From Alphaproteobacteria bacterium (GTDB lineage Bacteria > Pseudomonadota > Alphaproteobacteria > UBA2966): 64,000 nucleotides of DNA. Position numbers and translations under genes: made by a program. Below, one piece after another: positions 19,575 through 28,782 of this stretch. Below the pieces are notes generated by a model. The model made no database searches and was not told the origin of the DNA. It saw nothing but the letters and a program-made list of their open reading frames with translations. The number at the start of each line of letters is the position of its first letter. Within the stretch, counting starts at the first letter, position 1. The DNA is taken from contig OZ219858.1 in assembly GCA_964291395.2 (NCBI GenBank), forward strand, positions 512,001 through 576,000, given 5' to 3'.

Positions 19575-20927
19575 TCAACTCCAGGGGAAGGGGCTGCTGG
19601 ACACCGGAAGCTGCCGCCCCTCGGCAAACCGCGACATGCGGAAGGGTTCCAGCAGATCGCTGGGGGTGCCGAGCAGTTCACCCGCCACCAGGGCCCCGAC
19701 GCCGATCATCTTGAAACCGTGATTCGAATCGGCGATGACGTAGACATTGTCGTGGAAGCGGTCGAAGACGGGAAAGCTGTCGGGCGTGAAGCAGCCGATG
19801 CCCCCCGACGGCTCGTTTTTGTACTTCGAGATCTGCCCCGAGAAGCGGGACTGGCAGAAGGCCAGCGCCGAGCACCACATGTGGGTGAAATCATCGCCGA
19901 CCACGAAATCCGGGGACTCGGGACCGTAGGGATCGACGGCGACGTCCTCCGCGTCCGCCTCGACCTTGTAAGGCATGGCCCCGCCCTGGATGCCGCCGAA
20001 ATTGAGATCCGGCTTGTAGTAGATGCCCCACATCTCTTCGGTGATCACGGAGCCGTCGACGTCCGAGACGAGGGGCGCGTCCGTGTCCACGTGAATCACC
20101 GGCGGGGCGCCGCCGTCGTTGGTCTTCTGCAAGCCGGGGTCGACGCCGAGAGTCCCTTCCTGGAGGCTCCAGTAGACCCACATGGGCACGTCCTCGTGGA
20201 CCACGCCGTCGGACCTCTTGACGGGAATGGCGGCTGGTAGCTCGAGCATGTCCCAAACGGTCTTGACCCAGGGCCCGGCCGCGACGATGACCTGTTCGGC
20301 TTCGATCACGCCGCGGTCGGTCTCGACCATCGCCACCGCACCGCCGTCCACCCGGAAGCCCGTGACCGTGACGCCGGAGAGAATCCGCGCGCCGACGGCC
20401 TCGGCCTTGCCGGCGAGACCGTGGATGGCGGCCGCGTTGTTGGCATAGCCGCCCTTCTTCTCGTGCAGCACCGAGGTGATGCCTTCCGCCTGCCAGTCGC
20501 TGAACAAGTCCTTCATGTACCTGTCGCTGCGCGCGGCACCCTCGATGAAGGTCGACTCGTACCCGATCGCCGCCTGCTCCTGCGCGATCGTGGCGACGTC
20601 CTCGAACATGCCTTCCGGGCTGATCTGCATGTAGCCCACCGGGTGATAGCTGAATGCTTCGGGATCGCTCTCCCAGACGGAGACACTGTGGGCCATCAGC
20701 TCCCGCATGGCCGACTGGGCGTAGTTGTTGCGCACGACGCCGCAGGCGATGCCGCTCGCGCCGGCCGCGATGCCGGTCTTGTCGAGAACGAGAATGTCGA
20801 CCGCCGAGCCGTTGTTGCGCGGCGTCTGGCCGCGCGCGGCGAGGGCCTCTCCCAGATGCCAGGCGGTGCTCAGGCCGTGGATGCCGGCACCGATGATCAG
20901 GTAGGTGGCTTGAGTGGGAACTGTCAT
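19575..20927 (-). CDS. FAD-dependent amine oxidoreductase (DAO/sarcosine oxidase beta/MgdA-like, single chain)
   Basis: IIGAGIHGLSTAWHL, GASGIACGVVRNNY, VIVAAGPW, FTPDSFPVF, HGFKMIGVG. Confidence 0.85.
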   Translation of the reverse strand: MTVPTQATYLIIGAGIHGLSTAWHLGEALAARGQTPRNNGSAVDILVLDKTGIAAGASGIACGVVRNNYAQSAMRELMAHSVSVWESDPEAFSYHPVGYMQISPEGMFEDVATIAQEQAAIGYESTFIEGAARSDRYMKDLFSDWQAEGITSVLHEKKGGYANNAAAIHGLAGKAEAVGARILSGVTVTGFRVDGGAVAMVETDRGVIEAEQVIVAAGPWVKTVWDMLELPAAIPVKRSDGVVHEDVPMWVYWSLQEGTLGVDPGLQKTNDGGAPPVIHVDTDAPLVSDVDGSVITEEMWGIYYKPDLNFGGIQGGAMPYKVEADAEDVAVDPYGPESPDFVVGDDFTHMWCSALAFCQSRFSGQISKYKNEPSGGIGCFTPDSFPVFDRFHDNVYVIADSNHGFKMIGVGALVAGELLGTPSDLLEPFRMSRFAEGRQLPVSSSPFPWS

Positions 20928-20933
20928 GGGGCT

Positions 20934-21794
20934 CTACCCTCCTGCGGCCAATTTGATTCCCGGAACGTCGGAGTCCGGCACCGAAAATTCGCGGTCGTGA
21001 GTCAACGCCGGAATCATGCGCCGCACCTCCGCGACCTTGGCGGGGTCGATGTCGGAGACGATCACACCGGGTTCCTCGCCGCCTTCCGCGAGAATGCAGC
21101 CCCAGGGATCGATGATGAGCGAGTGGCCATAGCTCTCGGCCTCACCATGGGTTCCGCACTGACAGGCTGCCAGCACATAGGACCCGGTCTCGATGGCGCG
21201 GGCCCGCAGCAGCACGTGCCAGTGGGCTTGACCCGTGGTCTTGGTGAAGGCCGCGGGCACGACGACGAACTCGGCGCCGGCATGGGCGAGTGCCCGGTAG
21301 AGCTGTGCGAACCTGAGATCATAGCAGACGCTGAGCCCGAGCCTGCCCCACGGCGTCTCGGTGACGACCGCGGAGGCACCGGGCTCCACGCTCCTGGATT
21401 CGCGATAGCTCTGACCGCCCGCCAAGTCGACGTCGAAAAGGTGAATCTTGTCGTAGAAGGCGGCGATGCCTCCCCGATCGTCGATCATGTAAGCGCGATT
21501 GCGGATCTTGCCGGTGGGAGAGCGGATCGCGAGCGATCCCATCTGGATCCAGACCCCGAGCTCGTCGGCGATCCCCCGGAACAGGGGAAGACCGGGGTGT
21601 TCTCCTTCCGCGCGATCACCGACGTCGAAGGCGCCATCGCGGAAATCGAGGCAGGAGAAGAACTCGGGCAGGCAGATCAGGGAGGCGCCTTGGCCCGCCG
21701 CGTGCCGCACCAGGGACTCCGCCTCTGCGAGGTTGGCGGCCATGTCGGGGCCGGCGCGGTTCTGCACGCACGCCGCCTTGAAAGACTCTCTCAT
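20934..21794 (-). CDS. Carbon-nitrogen hydrolase (nitrilase superfamily, Nit1/Nit2-like amidase)
   Basis: Catalytic triad motifs LPE, YDKIHLFDV, VCYDLRF; also RARAIE and GHSLIIDPWG. Confidence 0.9.
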   Translation of the reverse strand: MRESFKAACVQNRAGPDMAANLAEAESLVRHAAGQGASLICLPEFFSCLDFRDGAFDVGDRAEGEHPGLPLFRGIADELGVWIQMGSLAIRSPTGKIRNRAYMIDDRGGIAAFYDKIHLFDVDLAGGQSYRESRSVEPGASAVVTETPWGRLGLSVCYDLRFAQLYRALAHAGAEFVVVPAAFTKTTGQAHWHVLLRARAIETGSYVLAACQCGTHGEAESYGHSLIIDPWGCILAEGGEEPGVIVSDIDPAKVAEVRRMIPALTHDREFSVPDSDVPGIKLAAGG

Positions 21795-21822
21795 CACCTC
21801 TTCACCCCGACCGGCACGTCGC

Positions 21823-22542
21823 CTACGCCTTGGTGGCGCGGACAAGCGCGTCGCGGGCCTTCTGCAGATGTCCCTGCATGGCGCCGGCCGCCGCCTCCGC
21901 ATCGCGCCGGACGATCGCCTCAAATATGGCGCGGTGCTGCCGATTGTAACCGGCGATTTCCGGCGGTGTGAGGGTCAGCCGTTTCATGGTCTCCCACTGA
22001 TTGTGGCGCCGCACTTCGTTCACGCGTTCGTACATCCAGATCATCAGGGAATTCTGCGTGCAGGCGGCGAGTCCCAGATGGAACTCCTCGTCCGCAGCGG
22101 AAAATTCCCGATAGTCCTCGCCGATGTTCTCCACCGCCTCCATCGTCAGCTGAAGCTGGTCGAGATCGTGGCCGGTGGCATTGAGGACCGCGAGACGCAC
22201 TATCTGGGGTTCGAGCGCAAACCGCGTATCCACGAGCTCCAAAGGGCTGGTCGACTGGATGATGGTCTGGGTCTGATCGGCCGCGGAGTAGGTGACGTAG
22301 GTGCCGCTGCCCATGCGGCGTTCGACCAGCCCTGCGTCCTCCAGGCGATGCAGGGCTTTGCGTACCGTCCCCCGGGCAACCCCGAACTGCCTGGCAAGCT
22401 CTCGCTCCGGAGGAAGCCGGTCATCCTGCATCAGTCCCATGGATACGATCCGGGAGCGTAGCGATGTGACGATGTCGCTCGAGTTCGGTTGTCTGGCCTC
22501 GCGCTCCGAACCCGCCACCCATCCTGGCGTTGCGTCATTCAT
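21823..22542 (-). CDS. FadR/GntR-family transcriptional regulator
   Basis: RLPPERELARQFGVARGTVRKAL...GSGTYV HTH, plus FCD domain (ADEEFH, QHRAIFEAI, MQGHL). Confidence 0.92.
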   Translation of the reverse strand: MNDATPGWVAGSEREARQPNSSDIVTSLRSRIVSMGLMQDDRLPPERELARQFGVARGTVRKALHRLEDAGLVERRMGSGTYVTYSAADQTQTIIQSTSPLELVDTRFALEPQIVRLAVLNATGHDLDQLQLTMEAVENIGEDYREFSAADEEFHLGLAACTQNSLMIWMYERVNEVRRHNQWETMKRLTLTPPEIAGYNRQHRAIFEAIVRRDAEAAAGAMQGHLQKARDALVRATKA

Positions 22543-22817
22543 GATCCCGGCTCGCGGATCGATTGGTTCATAATTGGATCTCTAGAGATGCAGCCACCAC
22601 GTATTCAAAGGAATTCTGCACCAAAACGGATCCAAAATACAAGCTATTGTTGATCTTAGGTACAATGTTGGTTAACCTGAACTATACAGGTGGATGCACA
22701 TCCGCTACGGTTTCTGAAATTGGCCTGACCGCAGAACCCGAAAAAAGATCAACAGGTCTCACGGGCGGATGGACGCCGGTGAACACGGACGGCAAGGGAC
22801 ATTACGGGAGGTAGCAG

Positions 22818-24299
22818 ATGCCCGAGACAGATCTTGAAAAATACGTCAATGCGGAGGGCCGCTCTGACCTGGTCAGGCAGGTGCGCGAAAAGATCGATGA
22901 ACTGGATATTCGATATATCTATTACCAGTTCATTTCGGTCACGGGACGCATCGTCGGCAAGGGCATCCCGGCGGATCATTGGGAGACCATCGCGGAACGC
23001 GGGTTCCAACTGGTCTACGGCGCCACGGCCAACCTCTACACGGACCGACACGCCAATTACATCGGCTACGGACCGGAGGCGTCGGAGCTGGTCGGCATTC
23101 CCGATCCGGAGACCTTCGCCCAGTTGCCCTGGGACAAGCGCGTCGGCCGCGTTTTCTGCACCTGTTTCCGGAACCGCGAGGAGCTTGAGAATCCCGGGGG
23201 ATTCCTGACCTCGGACTGCCGCGGCAACCTGCGCCGCATCCACGACGAATTCAAGGACAAGCACGACGGCCTGCACCTGCGGCACGGCACCGAGCCGGAG
23301 ATGATGTGGCTGAAGAAGGGCGAGGACGGGCTTCCGGACGGCGGCGTTTCGAAGCCCAACTGCTACCACCTGGACCAGTTCGAGATCTTGCGCCCGGTAT
23401 TCCTCAAGGTCGTCGAATACGCCCAGGCCATGGGCCTCGACATGATCCAGGGAGACCATGAGGACGCTCCCGGTCAGCTCGAGCTCAATTTCACCTTCGA
23501 CGACGCGCTGCGCACCTGCGACCGGTTGACCACCTACCGTCAGGTCTGCGCCGCCGTGGCTCGCGAGTTCGACATCATCGCCTGCTTCATGTCGAAGCCG
23601 TTCATGGGCGTCTCGGCCTCGGGCTGCCACCACAACATTTCGCTGTGGCGCGGCGGCGCCGAACAGCTCGTCAACACCGCGCATGCCGAGTCCAGGCCCG
23701 CGGTCGACGGCGTCTACACGTACTTGAAGGGCGGCGAGAACACGTTCCTGCCCGACCCCGCCATCGACGAGCGCAAGCCGGGACCGATCGGCCTGCAATG
23801 CATCGGCGGCGTGATGGAGCACGTCGGCGCCCTGACGGCGCTCGGTTCGTCGACGGTCAATTCCTACCGCCGGCTGTGGGACACCGGGTTCTGGGCGCCG
23901 GTCTTCGCCGATTGGGGCTATCAGAACCGCACCTGCGCCCTGCGCATCTCGGCGCCGGGACGCTTCGAGTACCGCTCCGTCGACTCGATGGTGAACCCCT
24001 ACTTGATGGCGGCGGGTCTGTTGAAGGCGTTCGATGACGGGATGGCGCGGGACCTTGATCCGGGCGAGCCCGAGGAACGCAACATCTACGAGGCCATGGA
24101 AGCCGGAAAGCTGGTCAAGAAACTTCCCATGTCCTTGGGCGAAGCCCTGGAGCGCCTCGACGACGACGAGGTCATCAAATCCGCCTTACCCGACGAGATG
24201 TACCGGGTGTTCACTCACTACAAAGGCGACGAATGGGCCAAATTCAACGCCACGGTCACCAACTGGGATCTCGAATCCTATTGGGACTGCCTGCCGTAA
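22818..24299 (+). CDS. Glutamine synthetase-like gamma-glutamyl:amine ligase (divergent; System I)
   Basis: GTEPE, DHEDAPGQLE, FMSKP, SGCHHNISL, VNSYRRL, NRTCALRI, RFEYRS.D...NPYL. Confidence 0.88.
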   Translation: MPETDLEKYVNAEGRSDLVRQVREKIDELDIRYIYYQFISVTGRIVGKGIPADHWETIAERGFQLVYGATANLYTDRHANYIGYGPEASELVGIPDPETFAQLPWDKRVGRVFCTCFRNREELENPGGFLTSDCRGNLRRIHDEFKDKHDGLHLRHGTEPEMMWLKKGEDGLPDGGVSKPNCYHLDQFEILRPVFLKVVEYAQAMGLDMIQGDHEDAPGQLELNFTFDDALRTCDRLTTYRQVCAAVAREFDIIACFMSKPFMGVSASGCHHNISLWRGGAEQLVNTAHAESRPAVDGVYTYLKGGENTFLPDPAIDERKPGPIGLQCIGGVMEHVGALTALGSSTVNSYRRLWDTGFWAPVFADWGYQNRTCALRISAPGRFEYRSVDSMVNPYLMAAGLLKAFDDGMARDLDPGEPEERNIYEAMEAGKLVKKLPMSLGEALERLDDDEVIKSALPDEMYRVFTHYKGDEWAKFNATVTNWDLESYWDCLP

Positions 24300-24338
24300 C
24301 GAACAAGCGGTACTGAACGACCGGAGGAGACAAGATCC

Positions 24339-25274
24339 ATGTGCGGCATAGCTGGTCTCATTCATCGCGGCACGACCGCAGACATCGGCACCGAAGTGAC
24401 GAACATGCTGCAGTCGTTGAAGCATCGCGGCCCCGATTCCACGGGCTTTGCGATTTACGGCCAACCGGTCGCCGACGAATACGTCATGCGCTTCAAGGTC
24501 GCCGAACAGGAGGACATGGCGACCGGATTCCGGATTCACGACGAGATCAAGGAGCGGCGGGCGATCGTGGATTCCCGTTTCGATGAAAAGGGCGCGGTCA
24601 TGCTGTCGCAGGAGGATGCCACGGAGTACGCCTACCGCTACCGCTTCACGTTCGACGGCGATCTCGAACAGTTGGCCCGTTACATCGAGGATGTGGAGGG
24701 GGCGGAGATCCTCTCCCTTGGCAGTGGCCTGGAATTGATCAAGGATCTCGGCGACGCAACGGCCGTGTCCGGCCAATACGGACTGAAAGGCTTTCAGGGC
24801 ACGCACGCGATCGGGCATACGCGCATGGCGACGGAGTCGGACGTCGACATCCGCTCGGCCCACCCCTACTGGGCGTATCCGTATAACGACATCTCCGTGG
24901 TCCATAACGGCCAGATCACCAACTACTGGATCATGCGCCGCGAGATGGAGCGGCGCGGACACCGTTTCATGTCCAACTGCGATTCCGAATTGCTGGCGGT
25001 CTACACCGCGGACAAACTGAACAACGGATACACCCTGGAGGAATCGCTCGCCCAATCGATCGAGGAAGTCGACGGCGTGTTCACCTACGTCGTCGCCACG
25101 GCCGACTGTCTGGGGATGGCCAAGGATACCATGGCGGCCAAGCCCATGGTGCTCTATGAGAGCGAGGACACGGTGGCGCTCGCTTCTGAGGAAGTCGCAA
25201 TCCGCGCACTCATCCCGGAGGAGATCGAGACCTACGACCCGTATGACGAGGAGGTGCGGGTATGGCAGGCCTAA
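24339..25274 (+). CDS. Class II (Ntn) glutamine amidotransferase, GlxB/MgsA-like
   Basis: N-terminal MCGIAG, HRGPDSTG, GHTRMATES, AHPY, HNGQITNY, DSE. Confidence 0.9.
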   Translation: MCGIAGLIHRGTTADIGTEVTNMLQSLKHRGPDSTGFAIYGQPVADEYVMRFKVAEQEDMATGFRIHDEIKERRAIVDSRFDEKGAVMLSQEDATEYAYRYRFTFDGDLEQLARYIEDVEGAEILSLGSGLELIKDLGDATAVSGQYGLKGFQGTHAIGHTRMATESDVDIRSAHPYWAYPYNDISVVHNGQITNYWIMRREMERRGHRFMSNCDSELLAVYTADKLNNGYTLEESLAQSIEEVDGVFTYVVATADCLGMAKDTMAAKPMVLYESEDTVALASEEVAIRALIPEEIETYDPYDEEVRVWQA

Positions 25275-26110
25275 GCGATCAGGACGACGCGTCCTATGAG
25301 ATGGGGATGCACACCGAGCAGCTCGCCGGACGCACTCAAGAGGTCTTCTTCTCGCCCCAGGAGGGGGAGAACTTCGTCTACCCGAACTCCTTCGACGTCG
25401 ACTTCGACAAACGCGCCGAGTTCGACGCCGCCGGGCTGGAGATCGCCGAAATCAACCTCAAAATCCGCGAGCTCATGGAGTCCGGACACGGCACCATCGT
25501 GGTCAGGAACCCGGGCGCCCGGCACTCCATTGGCGTCGGCATTCTCAACCGTCTCAATCTGATCATCGATGGCAGTCTGGGATACTTCGGCGTCGGCCTC
25601 ATCGATGGACCCAACGTGCGTATCAGCGGTCGCGTCGGCTGGTCCTGCGCCGAGAACATGATGGCTGGGACCGTGGTGGTCGAAAAGAACGGGGGCTCGA
25701 CCTTCGGTGCCGCGCTGCGGGGCGGGGACCTCGTCTGCCGCGGCGCCGTGGGCTCGCGTACCGGCATAGACATGAAGGGAGGCACCATCATCGTCGGTGG
25801 CGACACGGGTGCCTACTCCGGATTCATGATGCAAAGGGGCCGCATGGTGGTTTGCGGCAACGCCGGCAAGAACCTGGGCGACTCCATGTACGACGGCACC
25901 ATCTTCGTGGGTGGCGAGATCCGGAGCCTCGGCGTCGATGCGGTTCCGGGCGAAATGACGGACCTGGATCGGGCTTGGCTCGAACGAAAGCTCGCCATGT
26001 ACGATCTGCTGCCATCGCGGGGGGTCGGCCACTTCCAGAAGATCGTCGCCGGCAAGCAGCTATGGAACTATGACAATCTCGAACCCACCGAAAAGAAGAT
26101 CGTCCTCTGA
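25262..26110 (+). CDS. GXGXG beta-helix protein, GlxC/MgsB-like, with acidic N-terminal extension
   Basis: NPGARHSIGVG, repeated G-x-x-G turns, ENMMAGT, GIDMKGG, LGDSMYDGTIFVGG. Confidence 0.88.
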   Translation: MAGLSDQDDASYEMGMHTEQLAGRTQEVFFSPQEGENFVYPNSFDVDFDKRAEFDAAGLEIAEINLKIRELMESGHGTIVVRNPGARHSIGVGILNRLNLIIDGSLGYFGVGLIDGPNVRISGRVGWSCAENMMAGTVVVEKNGGSTFGAALRGGDLVCRGAVGSRTGIDMKGGTIIVGGDTGAYSGFMMQRGRMVVCGNAGKNLGDSMYDGTIFVGGEIRSLGVDAVPGEMTDLDRAWLERKLAMYDLLPSRGVGHFQKIVAGKQLWNYDNLEPTEKKIVL

Positions 26111-26123
26111 GAGGGAACGAACG

Positions 26124-27506
26124 ATGTCAGATTCACAACCCCTCGCCCCCATGCCGAATGGCGGTTCACGGAAGCCGTCCCGTAGCAAAGACGTGCTGGG
26201 GCGTAGTCGGATCTTCACGCGCGAGGTCATCGACGACATCCACATCAAGGCGGAGCTCGGACGCTACCGGATGCGCGGGTTCTCCTTGTTCAAGAAGATT
26301 CCGCACTGGGACGATCTGACGTTCCTTCCGGGCACGCTGACGCGCTTCGTCATCGAGGGTTACCGCGAGAAGTGCCTGACCGAGACGGTCATCGGCCCGC
26401 GGGCGAAAAAGCCGATCGTGCTGGACATTCCCGTCTACATCACGGGCATGAGCTTCGGCGCGCTTTCCTACGAGGCCAAGACCGCGCTGGCACGCGGGGC
26501 GACGATGGCGGGCACGGCGACGTGCTCCGGCGAGGGCGGCATGATCCCCGATGAGCGCCGCTATTCGACCAAATGGTTCTACCAGTGCATTCAGTCGCGC
26601 TATGGCTTCAACCCACACCACCTGAGGCTGGCGGACGGCTGCGAGTTCTTCATCGGCCAGGGCTGCAAGGTCGGGCTCGGGGGCCACCTGATGGGCCAGA
26701 AGGTCACCGACCAGGTGGCGGAGATGCGTTCGCTCCCCGCGGGTATCGACCAGCGCTCGCCCGCCCGCCATCCGGACTGGCTGGGGCCCGACGACTTGGC
26801 GCTGAAGATCCAGGAGGTCCGGGAAGCTACCGACGGCCAGATTCCCATCCAGCTCAAGCTCGGCGCGGCGCGCGTCTACGACGACGTGCGCATGGCGGTC
26901 AAAACCGACCCCGACAGCATCTACATCGACGGCATGGAAGGGAGCACCGGCGCCGGGCCGCACCTGGCGACGGAAGACACCGGTGTGCCGGGCATGGCCG
27001 CGATCCGCCAGGCGCGTCGGGCGATCGACGATCTCGGCAAGCGCGGCGAGATCACCCTGATCTATGCCGGCGGCATCCGCAATGGCGGCGATATCGCCAA
27101 GGCGCTGGCGCTCGGGGCCGACGCCATCGCCATCGGTCATTCGGCGATGATGGCCCTCAACTGCAACAAGGACATTCCGGAAGCGGACTTCGAGTCCGAG
27201 ATCGGGGTCGAGGCAGGGCACTGCTATCACTGCCATACGGGCCGCTGTCCGGTCGGGGTGGCGACCCAGGATCCCGTCCTGCGTCGGCGTCTCGATCCCG
27301 ACGCGGCAGCGGAGCGCGTCTACAACTTCCTTCACACGCTCGCCATCGAGTGCCAGATGATGGCGCGGGCCTGCGGCAAGACCAATGTCCACAGCCTGGA
27401 GCCCGAAGATCTGGCGGCGCTGACCATGGAGGCCTCCGCCATGGCCGGTGTGCCGTTGGCGGGGACCGAGTACACGGTAGGCGTGGACGATTACCACCAC
27501 CTTTAG
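26124..27506 (+). CDS. FMN-binding glutamate synthase-family protein, GlxD/MgsC-like
   Basis: GMSFGALS, SGEGG, GQGCKVGLGGHLMGQKV, SPARHPD, DGMEGSTGAG, GGIRNGGD, CYHCHTGRCPVGVATQ. Confidence 0.92.
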   Translation: MSDSQPLAPMPNGGSRKPSRSKDVLGRSRIFTREVIDDIHIKAELGRYRMRGFSLFKKIPHWDDLTFLPGTLTRFVIEGYREKCLTETVIGPRAKKPIVLDIPVYITGMSFGALSYEAKTALARGATMAGTATCSGEGGMIPDERRYSTKWFYQCIQSRYGFNPHHLRLADGCEFFIGQGCKVGLGGHLMGQKVTDQVAEMRSLPAGIDQRSPARHPDWLGPDDLALKIQEVREATDGQIPIQLKLGAARVYDDVRMAVKTDPDSIYIDGMEGSTGAGPHLATEDTGVPGMAAIRQARRAIDDLGKRGEITLIYAGGIRNGGDIAKALALGADAIAIGHSAMMALNCNKDIPEADFESEIGVEAGHCYHCHTGRCPVGVATQDPVLRRRLDPDAAAERVYNFLHTLAIECQMMARACGKTNVHSLEPEDLAALTMEASAMAGVPLAGTEYTVGVDDYHHL

Positions 27507-27521
27507 GGAGGGTACGGATCA

Positions 27522-27932
27522 ATGGCCGGAGGCACCTACAAGGGCTCCGAACTCGGTCATGTCGATCACTTCATCGACGGCGACGGCCTCGACTCGGAAC
27601 GTGAAATCGAGATCGGTCAGCACATCGGCTACCGTTATGACGTCAATCTTCTGCCGGACTACGACCGCCTGACCCCCTTTCTCACGACCTACATCGAGAC
27701 GATGGGTTGGCACGACCTCAACTGGCTTGAAGACGTGCACATGGGCTACGAAGAAGGCCGCCCGGCGGTATTCGACCGCAACATCAACGGCTGGGTCACC
27801 ATCCCGGAAGACACCGAACTGCCAGACAACCAGCAGGATCGCGACATGCTGGCGCGCGAGCTGTTGATCAAGTTTCAGATGTCCAAGCGTCACCCTTTGG
27901 TGGAGTTGAACAAGGCGTACCGGAAATTCTGA
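27522..27932 (+). CDS. Acidic protein of unknown function in the System I operon
   Basis: GGAGG RBS, 15 bp after glxD, host-like codon usage, natural globular composition. Confidence 0.75.
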   Translation: MAGGTYKGSELGHVDHFIDGDGLDSEREIEIGQHIGYRYDVNLLPDYDRLTPFLTTYIETMGWHDLNWLEDVHMGYEEGRPAVFDRNINGWVTIPEDTELPDNQQDRDMLARELLIKFQMSKRHPLVELNKAYRKF

Positions 27933-27971
27933 CCGATCTCGCGCCGTCCATCCGGAGCGGCGGAACGGACC

Positions 27972-28589
27972 TTGACGGAGAGATCCTTGGAGCCATCGCG
28001 TTCAAACGGGGATCAGGTCATCCGGCTCGACAGCGCCAACCGGCAGCTCGCCCTGGCCTTTCTAGGTTGGCAGTGTCGGCTGCGCCAGATCGCCTTCCGC
28101 CAGGACGGCGGTCGACCCAGCGATGGCATGTCTCCAAAGGTTTTTGTGGGCGATGACTGTCGGGCCGCAGGTCGGATCGTCTCAATCCTCAACAAGGCCG
28201 AATCCGACTCCGCGCTCATGGAATTTCAGCATTTCTACCGCCGCACGCGCGATCCCGCCCAGCGCCGAGCCGACGTCACTCGGTTTTTGTCGGAAACCTA
28301 TTTCCAAAGGCCGCAGACCTTCACGGACCGACTGACCACGGTGTTCCCACCCGGGTCCCGGGTGGCCGAATTGCTCGAGTCCGCCGAATCCTGCCGGCTC
28401 GTGTTTGAGCACTTCAATCAGCGTTATGACCTGACGTGCGAAGCGATACGGCTTCGGGAAGACGATCCCCTGTATCGGTCGACGTTCTGGCACAACGCGC
28501 TGTTCAATCCGGATTTGTCAAAGGATTGCAGGATCCTGGCGCTTGTTCCCAATTGGTCGCGTTGCGCTGCGGATCCGGCACCCGCATGA
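27972..28589 (+). CDS. Hypothetical protein
   Basis: 205-aa ORF co-oriented with the operon; aromatic-rich globular composition (WQCRLRQ...GRPS.GM, WHNALFNP). Confidence 0.6.
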   Translation: MTERSLEPSRSNGDQVIRLDSANRQLALAFLGWQCRLRQIAFRQDGGRPSDGMSPKVFVGDDCRAAGRIVSILNKAESDSALMEFQHFYRRTRDPAQRRADVTRFLSETYFQRPQTFTDRLTTVFPPGSRVAELLESAESCRLVFEHFNQRYDLTCEAIRLREDDPLYRSTFWHNALFNPDLSKDCRILALVPNWSRCAADPAPA

Positions 28590-28782
28590 GAGTCGGGTTC
28601 AGAGGTTTGCTGGAACAAATACTTGTTTCGGAAAGCAGAATCGGTGAACATACCGGTTAATGCTGATACGAGACTTGGCGATCGTGGCAGAACTCTCATT
28701 TTGATCTTGAACACCGAACCGGCCGTGTGAACGGGGTGCACGGCGGTTGGTGATTTTATTTACACCCCGCGGAGAAACCTCC

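Noticed and set aside
22818-24299. Calling this gene glnA or gmaS
   Set aside because: It lacks the characteristic N-terminal motifs of GSI and of GlnT/GmaS, so it was left without a symbol.
28600-28780. Sigma-54 promoter upstream of amt
   Set aside because: The TGGC motifs present lack the GG-N10-GC spacing.
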